Assembly (NCBI GenBank): GCA_937871915.1
Contig: CALMPG010000048.1
Coordinates: 5,421-69,420 of the forward strand
Direction of reading: 5' to 3'
DNA from: an uncultured Phycisphaerales bacterium
GTDB lineage: Bacteria; Planctomycetota; Phycisphaerae; Phycisphaerales; UBA1924
DNA length: 64,000 bases
Shown here: in pieces, positions 34,513 to 44,735 of the stretch
Numbering within the stretch: position 1 is the first letter of the stretch
Layout: each line of letters opens with the position of its first letter
The notes under the pieces: model-generated
Database searches by the model: none
The model's input: only the letters and a program-made list of their open reading frames with translations
What the model was told of the DNA's origin: nothing
Position numbers and translations under genes: made by a program

Positions 34513-37500
34513 TCAGCGCTGGATGACGACCTGGCGGATGAGTGAGCCGGCGTTCTGGGTTCCCAGGTAGAAGACGGTGTCGGCGGCGTTGTCGGCGAGG
34601 CCGGCGAGGTTGCGGACCACATTGTTGAAGCCGACGGGGCTGTTGGCGGCCTGGGCGACCGAGTCGGAGGCCATGACGGGGACGGGCGAGGCCGCGCCGG
34701 CGACGGCGGTCTCCAGACGCAGGCCGACGAGCTCGCCGATGCGGCGGGCGACGGCGCCGGTGAGCGCGGAGACGAAGCGATCGGCGCCGGCGGTGGTGGG
34801 CTCGAAGCCGATGTCGGCCAGAGAGGGGATGAAGACGACGGCCTGGTCGTTTTTGTCGACGTTGAAGAAATCGACCTTCTGGCTTGCGCCGAAGGAGCCG
34901 TTGCCGAAGAAGGCGTTGGGCTCGACGTTGCCGGCGAGGAAGACGGTGGAGAAGTCCTGGCGGGCGAAGTCGTTGGGGTTGGTGGAGATGACGATGTTGA
35001 CGTTGGCGGCGACGAAGACGGCGTTGAGGCTGGCCACGAGGTTGTTGAGGACATAGGTATCGACGGGCTGGCCGCCGATCTGGCCGGTGAAGCCGACGAC
35101 GGAGGAGGAGAAGGCGGAGAGGGAGGTGGTGACGCCGGCGCCGGCCTCGAGCCAGTCGATGAGGCCGCCGTTGGTTTCCAGGAAGACGTTCTGCGGGGCG
35201 AGGGTGGTGGAGCCGGTGCCCTGCTGGACGATCTCGAGGGTGTAGTCGCTGCGGATCGCTCCCTGGAGGTAGAGGGAGTAGGAGGCGGGGACGGGCGAGG
35301 AGATGCCCTGGGCGCCGGGGACGATGAACTCCATGAAGAAGTCGCCCTGGGCGTCGTAGCCGTAGGTGTTGCGCCCGTCGGTGAGGGTCTTGGCGGCCTG
35401 GCCGCCGATGGGGAGGAAGTCGCTGGGGGCGGCGACGAGCTTGGCGTTGTTGAAGCCGGTGCCCACGGGGGTCTCGAAGAGGGCGAACTGGGCGTGGCCG
35501 AGGAGGTTCTGGCCGAGGCTGATGCCGCTGCGGACGTTGCGGTTGATGAGCTCGGGGGAGAGGCCGATGTTGGATCCGGTCTGGGTGAGGCGGAAGGTGG
35601 CGCGGATCTTGGTGCCCGGCGTGAGCGGCAGGCCGTTGTTGAGGGAGAAGATGTCCACGTCCGGCGAGACCTCGTCGGGCGTTCCGGTTGCGCCGGGGAG
35701 GCCGATGGAGGACCTGATGGTTGTGGAGATGCGGTCGTTGGCCGAGCCGAAGGTGCCGTTGGGGGCGGCGGTGCGGGTGACCGTCCAGCCCTGGCTGTTG
35801 GTGCCCGTGACGACGGAGGCGGGGCCGCCGTTGCCGGTGAGGCGGAAGGTCCAGTCGCCGACCACGAAGGCCTTGAGATCGTCGCCGGTGCCGAAGGTCC
35901 CGTCCACGCCGGCGAAGACCAGCGGAACGGGGGGCGTGACGAGCGGGGCGGATGTGCCCGCGTTGGTGTCGCCGACGAAGCCGGTGTTGCCGTCGTCGAA
36001 GATCTGGATGTCGAAGGCGTAGAGGCCGAAGGCTCCGGCGACGGGGTCGGAGTTGAGGATGGCGTTGGTGTCGCCGATGTTGAGGTTGTTGAGCGATCCG
36101 GCGATCACGATGAAGTAGGTGCCGGTCTGGGTGATGAGGTACTGGTCCTCGCTGGTGGTGGCCGTGTCGAGGGTGACGTTGTTGGGCAGACGCACGACGG
36201 CGGACCCCGGCGCGCCGCCGACGGGTCCGGCGACGGAGTTGGCCGCCAGAGCGGTGCCGGCGGAGGAGAAGACGGCCCGGGCCGCGCCGAGGGCGGAGCC
36301 GGTGATGGCGCCCATGCGGAGGATCTGGCCGGCCCGGAGGGTGATGCGGTAGACATCGACGTCGCCGCCGAGGCGGAAGAGGTCGGGATCGGTGTCGGGG
36401 TGGTCGCCGATGCTGCCGCCGATGGTGAAGACGGTGTTGGTGTCGGGGAGCGAGCCGATGTTGGCGAACTTGCGGAGCACCAGGTCCAGGTCGGTGGGGC
36501 CGTAGAAGTTCACGCTCGGGGCGGAGACGGGGTTGCCGGCGGTGATCTTGTCGCCGGCGTCGCCGACGACGACGTTGCGGGCGAAGTCGTCGCCCGGCTG
36601 GCCGTCGCCGTTGCCGTCCAGGAGCGAATCCTGGGTGGAGCCTCGCAGCACCTGGGCGCTGAGGATGATCTGGTAGACGCCCGGCCCGGGCAGGCCGGGG
36701 GTCTGCGGGAGATTGCGCTCGGTGACGGAGCGGGAGAAGAAGATCTTGGCGGTGTTCTTGACGCGGTCGTACTGGATGGTGTAGTCGGAGCCCTCGGCGA
36801 GCCCGATGGTGGTCGCGCCGCCGTTGCGGACCTCCACGACCGAGAGGGCCGCGGAGAGGGTGGAGACGTCGATGGCCTGGTTGAAGACGATCGAGGCGAT
36901 GAAGATCCGGCTGGACTCGGTCACGAAGAGGTCCGTGACGCGGACGGGGACGGCGACGGCGGCGATGCGCTCGACCTGGAAGTTCGCGGCGCCGGTGAAG
37001 GGGACGCCGGCGACGGTGACGGAGCCGATGGTGCCGGTGGAGAGAATGCGGTACTGCTCGCTGTTGAGGGAGGAGCCGACCTGGGTTCCGGTGACGACGA
37101 CGGACCCGATGGAAGAGCGGCCGGCGGCGGTGGAGACGTCGGTGCCGCCCAGATAGCCGCTGGCGCCGCGGAGGACGCCGGCGCCGATATCGGACTTCTT
37201 GAAGTTGCCGTTGATCCGAACGGAGGCGAGCGAGCCGGAACCGAGGGCGTCGGCGTCGCGGCCGGCGCCGCCGAAGTCGGCGTCGTGGCCCAGGTCCGCG
37301 CCGCCGAGGATCTGCGAGCCGTTGGAGTCGCCGTTGACGACGACGCTGGTGATGCTGTTGCGGGCGGAGATCCGGCCGTCGGTGAGAGAGCCGACGGTCA
37401 CGGTTCCGATCGAGAGGCCCGAGCGGATGCCGCCGTTGTTGACCGAGCCGGCCGTCACGGCGGAGAAGCCTCGATCGCTGGAGAGCGCTCCCGCGACGGT

Positions 37501-40500
37501 CCCGGTGACGTTGACGGTGGTGACGTTGAGGAAATCGACGAAGGCGTCGGCGTTGACCGCGGCGCGCCCGAGGTCGCCGTTGACGGTCAGGGAGCCGACG
37601 ACGCGGGCCCGGAGCGTGCCGGCGAGGAAGCCGCCGGTGGTGAGGGAGTTGATGTTGCCGCCGGAGCCGAACAGGCCGCCGAGGGCGTCGACGCCGCCGA
37701 GCGTGAAGGTGGTCACGTCGCCGTTGATGAACACGGTGGAGGCGCCGCGGAGCGTGCCGCCGATGGAGAGCGTTCCCAGAGCGGTGTTGGCGTTGCCGAG
37801 GACCCTGAGGCCGTCGAGGAACGAGCCGTTGGGGACGATGGTCAGGGACGAGGCGGTGGTGGTGTTGGCCAGGCGGATGCGGCCCTGGGCGGGGTCGTAG
37901 AAGGCGCGTCCGGGCCCGGAGAGGGTGGCGACGCCGCGGAAGCCGGAGGGGAGCTGGAACAGGAAGCCGACGCCGCCGGCGAGCTCGACCTCGGTGACGG
38001 GGGAGTCGGTGGCGAGGGTGGCGGGATCGGTGGGGGGGAGGTTGGTTCCGCGGGTGATGCCCGCGGAGGTGGCGCCGAGGGAGCCGGCGGCGTTGGCGAA
38101 GACGTTGATGATGCGGTTGGCGGAGACGCTGTCGATGGAGGATCGGCCGTTGGCGAAGGTGGCCCCGGCGGTGTTGTACCTGCCGTTGGAGTCCGGGGAG
38201 ACGCCGGCGGCGACGACGGAGTTCACGCTCTTGGCGACGCCGTTGGTGTTGAGCGTGACCGAGCCGATGGACCCGCTCTTGACGGTGTCGGCCGCGGAGC
38301 CGACGCCGCCGACGCGCCCATCGGTGCCCAGGTCGATGACGCCGGCGAGGATGGCGACGGCGCCGACGAAGCCGCCGACGCGGACGGTTCCGATGGAATC
38401 GCCGGCGATGATGGCGTTGTTGAGGCCGACGTTGAGCGAGTCGTTGCGGAGCTGGAGGGCGATGTCGATGGCGCCGATGGTGGTTCCGGCGATGATCTGG
38501 CTCTCGGTGAAGGAGCCCTGCTGGACGGTGATGTGGTCGATGGAGCCGCCGGCGCGGATGGTGACGCCGTCGATGCCGGGGGAGCGCTGCACGCCCGGGG
38601 GGAGCTCGTTGCGGAGCGGGTCGGTGGGGATCGGCTTGAAGTTGCGGCGCCAGGAGGCGATGCCGATCTGGCCCTTGAAGCCGTCGGGGCCGTTCTTGAC
38701 CTCGATACCGCCGATGTTGCCGTCGACGTAGACGCTGCCGAGGAGGTCGCCGCCGTTGAGGGCCAGGAGGGTGAGGTCGCCGTTGTTGACGGTGATGGCG
38801 TGGTTGGGCCGGAAGGAGCCGGAGTTGAAGGTGATGGAGCCGATGCCGCCGGAGCGGCTGGTGATGTTGCCGTTGAAGTCGTTGTTGATGACGATGGCGT
38901 TGATGCGGCCGAAGGCGAGGATGTCGCTGGTGGCGGTCAGGTCGTTGCCGGGCTTCATGGAGACGCGCCCGATGGTGACGGTGCCGGTGATGTTCTGGCC
39001 GACGAGCAGGTCGGAGTAGATCTGGCCGCCCGCGGCGGAGATGGAGCCGAGGTTGCCGCGCAGGTCCAGGTCGGGGTTGAGCACGCCGAAGGCGCCGATG
39101 TTGCGGGCGGCGGTGATGGTCCCGGTGTCGCCGAGGATGGAGAGGCCGACGATGAGGTCGCGCCCGGCGCGCAGCGTGGTGAGGCCGCCGTTGTTGGCGC
39201 GGACGTCGTCGTTGCGGGTGACGATCGAGCCGACCACGTCGCTGTTCACCGATTCGATGGCGCCGATGCTGCCCGAGGAGGTGATGTCGGCGTTGAGGAG
39301 GTTCTGGGCCCGGACGAGGTCCACGCGCCCGTCGGGTCCGGAGGAGTTGACCGAGAGCTGCGTGATCTCGTTGCCGCCGGTGACCGACTCGACCGGCCCG
39401 GCGACGCGCAGGGCCGTGGAGCGGATGTTCTGGCCCGCGCTCAGGGCGCCGAGGCGCCCGGTCTCGATGCTGACGGAGCGGACGTCGCTCGCGGCGAAGA
39501 CGGAGGCGGTGAAGTTGTCCACCGAGATGTTGGTGCGCTGGATGTTGAGCGCGGCGATGCGGTTGGTGATGTTCCCGCCGACGTCGACGGTGAGGTCGGA
39601 GATGTCGCCGTTGAGGCCGTTGGTGGCGATGGTGCCGATGTTGTTGGTGGCGACGATCCGGTTGCGGTAGTACTCCTGGGCCTGGCCGAGACGGGTGGAG
39701 TTGCGGAACTCATCGGCGGTGATCGCGCCGATGGTGTTGGTGACGTTCACGAACGTGGCGTCGAAGGCCGCGCCGGTGATCGTGACCGCGTTGAGGGTCC
39801 GGGCCCAGACCTCGGAGCGGAACAGGTCGGAGTTGGTCCCCTGGACGACGTCGATGTCGGCGGTGCGGATCTCGATGTCGGTGGCGCGCAGGCTGTGCCA
39901 CCAGTCGTCGAGCGGGCCGCTGTAGATCAGGGCCGCGTCGTAGCGACCGTTGGTGGCCTCGACGCGACCGATGCCGTCGATGGGCGCGGGGAGCTGCGTG
40001 GGGGTGGCCACGGTGGTGCCGAGCGTGGTGAGCGGACCGCCGACGCCCGCGGCCATGATGATGCCCCGGTCGGTGGCGCCCTGGATGCGGCCGCCTCCGA
40101 TGATGATCCGCACGATCGCCTGGTCGGCGACGATGCTGGCCTGCGCGAAGGGGTTCTGGCCCGTGCCCGCCAGCCCGTCGCCCACATCCACGGTGCCGAT
40201 GGCGACGGCGTAGATGTTGCCCTCGATGCCCTGGAACTGTCCCTGGGGGGTGATGCCGTCGGAGTTGGCCACCAGATTGATGAGGTGCCCGGCCTGCACG
40301 ATCACGTCGCCCACGGAGCCCTTGACCGTCACGTTCTCGAGATCGCCCGTGCGGACGACCACGCCGTTGAGATAGGGATCGATGGGGGAGCCGACGTCTT
40401 CGAGATACCAGCGAGGCTCCGTGGGAGCGAGCACGCCGGGGTTCGTCACCGGGGCATAGATGCCGGCAACAAACCAGTTCGTGCTCTCCTGGATATCGAT

Positions 40501-43500
40501 CGAGGTCGGCTTCATGAAGAAGGGGCCGCCCACGCCCGCGGTGGTGGCGGAGATGTCCATGAAGGGGCCGATGAGCGCGCCCGATGCGGAGGAGAGTTGT
40601 GCCCGGCCGAGGTTCCCCTCGATGGTGAGCGTGCGGAGCGCCAGGGCGTCGATGGCGATGATGTCGCCGCCGACGGTGTTGTTCTGGATCGAGTCGAGGA
40701 TGCCGGCGGTCTGATCGATGCGGAGGACGTCGATCTCGGCCGAGCCGGCGAAGATGATGTTGGAGTTGGGCGCCGGCGTGGCCGGGGCCTGGCCGCCGTC
40801 GGCGTTCACGGAATCCACAAAGATGCGGCCGAGGGTCGCGACGCCGGGGGTGAGGCCGGTGATGACCAGGTTGGCCCCGCCGCGCAGGACGACGTTGATG
40901 CGGCCGATGGCGACGCCGCGCGAGCCGTTGATGGGCAGGTAGCGGACCTGGATGCTCGACTGCTGGCGCGGATCGTTGTTGGGATCGACGGGCTCGTTGC
41001 CGCCGGTGAGGGCGATGGAGATGGTGGCGCCGGCGTCGTCAACGAAGTTGAGCGACTGGCCGTAGCCGAAGGTGGTCACGATGTCCTGATCGAACGCGGA
41101 GCGCCGGCGCCCCGTGAGCGAGAAGAACCGGATATCGGAGCCGGCGCCGACGTTGATGTCGGGATCGCCGAAGACGATCTCGCCCAGCCCGGCGGGATCG
41201 TCGCCGATGGAGAACTGGTCGATGGTGGACCCGGGGGAGGTGTGGATGGTGGTGCCGCGGCCGTTGAGGTAGTTGCCCACGAGCAGCCGCCCGATGTCGC
41301 CGCGCTGGCCGCTGACGGTCCCGGTCTGGATGTTCACGAAGGTGCCCGCGCCGGTGGCGCTGGGCGATCCGGAGGGGGTTGGCGGGCGGGAGGGCTGGTC
41401 GGCGAGGGCGCCGCGGGCGTGGAAGACGCCGATGCTGCCGCCGACGCGAAGATCCAGGTTGATGACGTCGCCGGTCAGGGTGTTGCCGCCGGTGAAGGCG
41501 CCGTTGTTGGTGGGGTTCAGGTAGAGGTTGTTGCCGGTGACGAAGGTGCCGAGGCTGCCGCGCACCAGGAGCGTGGAGTTGGCCGGGCCGACGCCCCCGT
41601 AGATGGTCGAGCCGGTGTAGAGGTTGAACAGGTCGCCGGGGATGTTGATCGTGGTGGCGCCCCAGCCGAGGTATCTCTCCAGCGTGGTCGTGGTGAAGGT
41701 GGTGAAGACCGTGGCGAACACCTCGGACTCGTCGCTGTCCTCGCGGAGGTTGCCGATGCCCGTGCCGATGCGGATGGTGCCGGCCGCGCCCGAGGAGAGC
41801 GAGATGGTCGCCTGCGAGGAGTTGCCGGCCCACCCGCCGACGGAGCGGAAGGAGCCGAGGGTCACGGGGGCCATGCCCGAGACGGTGATGGCGTAGTTGC
41901 CGCCGGGCTGGATGGTCGCCTGGACGTCCGAGTTGAGCACGAGGTAGTACACGTCCGCGTGGTCGGGGCGGAAGCGGATGATGCGGGAGGAGTTGTTGTT
42001 GCCGGTGGCGCCGCGTCCCGCGCCGCCGTCGTCGAGCGCGGCGATGGTGAGGCCGTTGCGGTCAACGATGCGGACGTACGCGGGGAGGGCGCCGTTGACG
42101 CCCACGGCGATGACGACCTCGCGGGCGGGATCGGCCGGGAAGGAGTACACGTCGGTGCTGTCGGCGCCGGTGAAGATGTCGGCGCCGTTGATGGCGCCGT
42201 GGATGACGACCGCCGTGCCGTTGTAGCCGACGAACTCCGCGTTGGCGATCGAGTTGTTGTTGAAGAACCCGGTGCCGAAGGGAACGGCCTGCCCGGCCTG
42301 GAACCAGACGGCGCCCGAGTTGAGGTTCGCGTTGATGGTGGCGAAGTCCGCGCCCGGCTGGGCCGGATCGATGCCGTAGGCCCGCTCGCGCGAGATGAAC
42401 TCGTTCTGGACCAGGCGCGCCCGGGCCGGGTTGTTCACGTCGGCGAGCACCGACGTGTTCATGAAGTTGCGCCCGCCGATGTCGGCGGCCCGCAGCGTGC
42501 GCCCGACGTTCAGGCGCGCGTTGGTGAGGAAGAGCGGATCGCCGCCGTTGGGGGACTGGCCCCCGAAGACGAAGAACACGCCCGCGTCGGTCTGCGAGGT
42601 GAAGGTGCCCAGGTCCCCGTCCACGCGCAGGGACCCGGCCTGGAAGCCCACGGACCAGCGGGCCAGGGCCCCGTCGACCTTGCTCGAGCCGAACATGGCG
42701 CCGTTGATGAGGATCGAGCCCATCGAGGCCCCGCCGGTGACGAACACGCCCTGGTCGGCGCGATTGAAGTCGTCGGCCGTGAGCGCGCCGCGCGGGGCGA
42801 AGTAGTTGTTCAGGTCCGGAACAAAGGGGCTGCCGATGAGCACGGAGGTCCCCACGGGCGGCAGGCCCGCGACGACCGGGTCGGTGCCCTGCGTCGGCAC
42901 GATGTAGAACCCGAAGCCGAGGGTGGTCAGATCGGCGTTGTATCCGATCGGGCTGTTGGTGACGGCGATGTTGCCGTTGTTGTCGCGCCGGGCTCCGTAC
43001 ATCGTCAGCGACGAGCGATCGTTGGTGCCCGCGATGGTGACCCTGCCGATGCCGATGTTGTTGTCGGGAACGCCGTCGTCGTTGCGGTCGTTGGGGGCCG
43101 GGCCGTTGCCGTTGCCCGTGCCGATGAGGTTGAGGTTGGTGAGCATGTCGCGCCCGTAGAGGTCCACGACGTTCACGCTCGCCCCGACGGGGCCGGTGAA
43201 CGTCAGGCGGGCGGCGAACATCCGGTCGTTGACGAACTGCGCGAAACGGCCCGGGGCCAGCTCCGCGTTGATCGACTCGATGACGAAGTTGTCCGCGTAG
43301 TTCGTGTTGTTCGGGGCGTCGGCCGCGCTGCGGAACCGGAACGCGTCGAACCCCGCGGGGAAGTTGATGGCGAACTGGGTGCCGTTGACGACCGCGTTGG
43401 AGAGCGCGGCCAGGGCGGCGCCCAGATAGGTCTGCACGACCACGCCGTTGTTGAGCAGCTCCAGACGGGTGCCGGAAACGCCGTCGACGTTCAGCCCCCC

Positions 43501-44100
43501 GCCGTCGTTGGGCAGCGGGGCGCTGTTGTTGCTGATGACGACGTTCGCCCGCCGGGCCAGCAGCGGAACCGGGTTGGGGACGTTCTGGCCCGCGGGGTCG
43601 AAGAACGTGAAGGTCATCTGGTCGGTGCCGGTGAGCGCGACGCGGAGGGCCTGGTCCGGCTGCTGCCCGCCCCGGCGGATCAGCTGCGCCGGCGTTCCCG
43701 AGTTGGACGTGTAGGAGATCTGGATGTTCGAGCCGGCGAAGAAGGTGCCGTTGGGCGGGACCGCCGGCACGCCGGTGGTCCAGTTGGCCATCTCGTCGTC
43801 GAAGTTCTCGTTGACCAGCAGCGGCGCGGTGGCCGCGGGGATCGTGGCCGCGTAGAACGGCACCGCGTAGGGGAAATCGATCGTCTTCGTCCCGAGCCCC
43901 GTGGCGGCGTTCACGTCGCCCGGGGTGATCGTCAGGGTGAACAGGAGCTGGCGGGCCTCGAGCTGCTCGAGGCCGTGCGCGCCGGTCGCGCCGCCCGACA
44001 GGGCGGCCAGACGCGCGGCCCGATTCGAGCGGATCGCCTTGGAGGTCCGATCATTGCCAGACGAACGACCGAACAATCCGAAGCGACGCGAGGTGTTCAT
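34513..44100 (-). CDS. Giant (3195 aa) secreted/surface protein with beta-solenoid-like degenerate repeats and PPC-like segments
   Basis: The ORF is uninterrupted, with diverse composition and G/C-ending codons. The N-terminus is 'MNTSRRFGLFGRSS...GLEQLEARQLLF'. I saw no Cys. The gene has its own terminator and a 635-bp upstream region. Confidence 0.85.
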   Translation of the reverse strand: MNTSRRFGLFGRSSGNDRTSKAIRSNRAARLAALSGGATGAHGLEQLEARQLLFTLTITPGDVNAATGLGTKTIDFPYAVPFYAATIPAATAPLLVNENFDDEMANWTTGVPAVPPNGTFFAGSNIQISYTSNSGTPAQLIRRGGQQPDQALRVALTGTDQMTFTFFDPAGQNVPNPVPLLARRANVVISNNSAPLPNDGGGLNVDGVSGTRLELLNNGVVVQTYLGAALAALSNAVVNGTQFAINFPAGFDAFRFRSAADAPNNTNYADNFVIESINAELAPGRFAQFVNDRMFAARLTFTGPVGASVNVVDLYGRDMLTNLNLIGTGNGNGPAPNDRNDDGVPDNNIGIGRVTIAGTNDRSSLTMYGARRDNNGNIAVTNSPIGYNADLTTLGFGFYIVPTQGTDPVVAGLPPVGTSVLIGSPFVPDLNNYFAPRGALTADDFNRADQGVFVTGGASMGSILINGAMFGSSKVDGALARWSVGFQAGSLRVDGDLGTFTSQTDAGVFFVFGGQSPNGGDPLFLTNARLNVGRTLRAADIGGRNFMNTSVLADVNNPARARLVQNEFISRERAYGIDPAQPGADFATINANLNSGAVWFQAGQAVPFGTGFFNNNSIANAEFVGYNGTAVVIHGAINGADIFTGADSTDVYSFPADPAREVVIAVGVNGALPAYVRIVDRNGLTIAALDDGGAGRGATGNNNSSRIIRFRPDHADVYYLVLNSDVQATIQPGGNYAITVSGMAPVTLGSFRSVGGWAGNSSQATISLSSGAAGTIRIGTGIGNLREDSDESEVFATVFTTFTTTTLERYLGWGATTINIPGDLFNLYTGSTIYGGVGPANSTLLVRGSLGTFVTGNNLYLNPTNNGAFTGGNTLTGDVINLDLRVGGSIGVFHARGALADQPSRPPTPSGSPSATGAGTFVNIQTGTVSGQRGDIGRLLVGNYLNGRGTTIHTSPGSTIDQFSIGDDPAGLGEIVFGDPDINVGAGSDIRFFSLTGRRRSAFDQDIVTTFGYGQSLNFVDDAGATISIALTGGNEPVDPNNDPRQQSSIQVRYLPINGSRGVAIGRINVVLRGGANLVITGLTPGVATLGRIFVDSVNADGGQAPATPAPNSNIIFAGSAEIDVLRIDQTAGILDSIQNNTVGGDIIAIDALALRTLTIEGNLGRAQLSSASGALIGPFMDISATTAGVGGPFFMKPTSIDIQESTNWFVAGIYAPVTNPGVLAPTEPRWYLEDVGSPIDPYLNGVVVRTGDLENVTVKGSVGDVIVQAGHLINLVANSDGITPQGQFQGIEGNIYAVAIGTVDVGDGLAGTGQNPFAQASIVADQAIVRIIIGGGRIQGATDRGIIMAAGVGGPLTTLGTTVATPTQLPAPIDGIGRVEATNGRYDAALIYSGPLDDWWHSLRATDIEIRTADIDVVQGTNSDLFRSEVWARTLNAVTITGAAFDATFVNVTNTIGAITADEFRNSTRLGQAQEYYRNRIVATNNIGTIATNGLNGDISDLTVDVGGNITNRIAALNIQRTNISVDNFTASVFAASDVRSVSIETGRLGALSAGQNIRSTALRVAGPVESVTGGNEITQLSVNSSGPDGRVDLVRAQNLLNADITSSGSIGAIESVNSDVVGSIVTRNDDVRANNGGLTTLRAGRDLIVGLSILGDTGTITAARNIGAFGVLNPDLDLRGNLGSISAAGGQIYSDLLVGQNITGTVTIGRVSMKPGNDLTATSDILAFGRINAIVINNDFNGNITSRSGGIGSITFNSGSFRPNHAITVNNGDLTLLALNGGDLLGSVYVDGNIGGIEVKNGPDGFKGQIGIASWRRNFKPIPTDPLRNELPPGVQRSPGIDGVTIRAGGSIDHITVQQGSFTESQIIAGTTIGAIDIALQLRNDSLNVGLNNAIIAGDSIGTVRVGGFVGAVAILAGVIDLGTDGRVGGVGSAADTVKSGSIGSVTLNTNGVAKSVNSVVAAGVSPDSNGRYNTAGATFANGRSSIDSVSANRIINVFANAAGSLGATSAGITRGTNLPPTDPATLATDSPVTEVELAGGVGFLFQLPSGFRGVATLSGPGRAFYDPAQGRIRLANTTTASSLTIVPNGSFLDGLRVLGNANTALGTLSIGGTLRGASTVFINGDVTTFTLGGVDALGGLFGSGGNINSLTTGGFLAGTLRARVVGSLTVNGDLGRAAVNADAFVDFLNVTTVNVTGTVAGALSSDRGFSAVTAGSVNNGGIRSGLSIGTVTVGSLTDGRISARNSITSVVVNGDSNGSQILGGADLGHDADFGGAGRDADALGSGSLASVRINGNFKKSDIGAGVLRGASGYLGGTDVSTAAGRSSIGSVVVTGTQVGSSLNSEQYRILSTGTIGSVTVAGVPFTGAANFQVERIAAVAVPVRVTDLFVTESSRIFIASIVFNQAIDVSTLSAALSVVEVRNGGATTIGLAEGSDYTIQYDRVKNTAKIFFSRSVTERNLPQTPGLPGPGVYQIILSAQVLRGSTQDSLLDGNGDGQPGDDFARNVVVGDAGDKITAGNPVSAPSVNFYGPTDLDLVLRKFANIGSLPDTNTVFTIGGSIGDHPDTDPDLFRLGGDVDVYRITLRAGQILRMGAITGSALGAARAVFSSAGTALAANSVAGPVGGAPGSAVVRLPNNVTLDTATTSEDQYLITQTGTYFIVIAGSLNNLNIGDTNAILNSDPVAGAFGLYAFDIQIFDDGNTGFVGDTNAGTSAPLVTPPVPLVFAGVDGTFGTGDDLKAFVVGDWTFRLTGNGGPASVVTGTNSQGWTVTRTAAPNGTFGSANDRISTTIRSSIGLPGATGTPDEVSPDVDIFSLNNGLPLTPGTKIRATFRLTQTGSNIGLSPELINRNVRSGISLGQNLLGHAQFALFETPVGTGFNNAKLVAAPSDFLPIGGQAAKTLTDGRNTYGYDAQGDFFMEFIVPGAQGISSPVPASYSLYLQGAIRSDYTLEIVQQGTGSTTLAPQNVFLETNGGLIDWLEAGAGVTTSLSAFSSSVVGFTGQIGGQPVDTYVLNNLVASLNAVFVAANVNIVISTNPNDFARQDFSTVFLAGNVEPNAFFGNGSFGASQKVDFFNVDKNDQAVVFIPSLADIGFEPTTAGADRFVSALTGAVARRIGELVGLRLETAVAGAASPVPVMASDSVAQAANSPVGFNNVVRNLAGLADNAADTVFYLGTQNAGSLIRQVVIQR

Positions 44101-44735
44101 GCCAAACTCCCGGGCAAGTGTCTTGGCGCAAGGGTGGACGATGGACCCAACCCGTGCGCAGGGCTGTCAAGGTATGACTCCGAACCGGCCGTCTCAATGA
44201 CGGGCGAGGCCCTTTCGGGCCGTGCGTACCAACCGGCAGCGTGGATCCCCCGGACGTGTCCGTTGCGGGCTTCGCCGGCCCCGCGGGGCCGAAGGCGAAA
44301 CTCTCCGCCCGAACACCGAGAAATCGCCCGTGGGGTGCCGGGCGACCTGTCCTGGCGTTGCGGGCCTCGTCCGTGCTCCCGCTCCGCCTGAGCCTTCCAC
44401 CCGGAGAGACTAGCGGAAGCCGGCGCGGCTCGCAAGTTCAGACCCCGGCGTGGCTTCCGGGTGTGCACCCAGCGCGCACGCTCGCCCGGACTGGGCCGAT
44501 ACGCGAGGGGGGCCGGACGGTTTCAGGGATTCGATGGCACGGGATTGCTTATCTTCACACACCCACGCGGCAAACCCCGACGGACCGCCATGTGACCGGC
44601 GCGCCCTGAGCAAGCGATCAAGAGGCCAGAATAAACCGTACTAAATACTGACAAACATGGTGATCGTGAGCGCATGGACCAAATCACACTCGACGAGCGT
44701 GATATCCACCTAAATAGGGTATCTGAAAAACTAAC

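Noticed and set aside
35494-44391. An 8.9-kb uninterrupted plus-strand ORF (2965 aa) antisense to the giant gene
   Set aside because: The translation is almost entirely G/A/D/E/V/R low-complexity sequence, with no signal peptide or motifs. It runs past the minus-strand start codon into the non-coding region. The minus-strand frame, in contrast, has diverse residues (N, T, I, F, Y), G/C-ending codons, an N-terminal motif and a terminator. This is a typical stop-codon-poor shadow frame in very GC-rich DNA.
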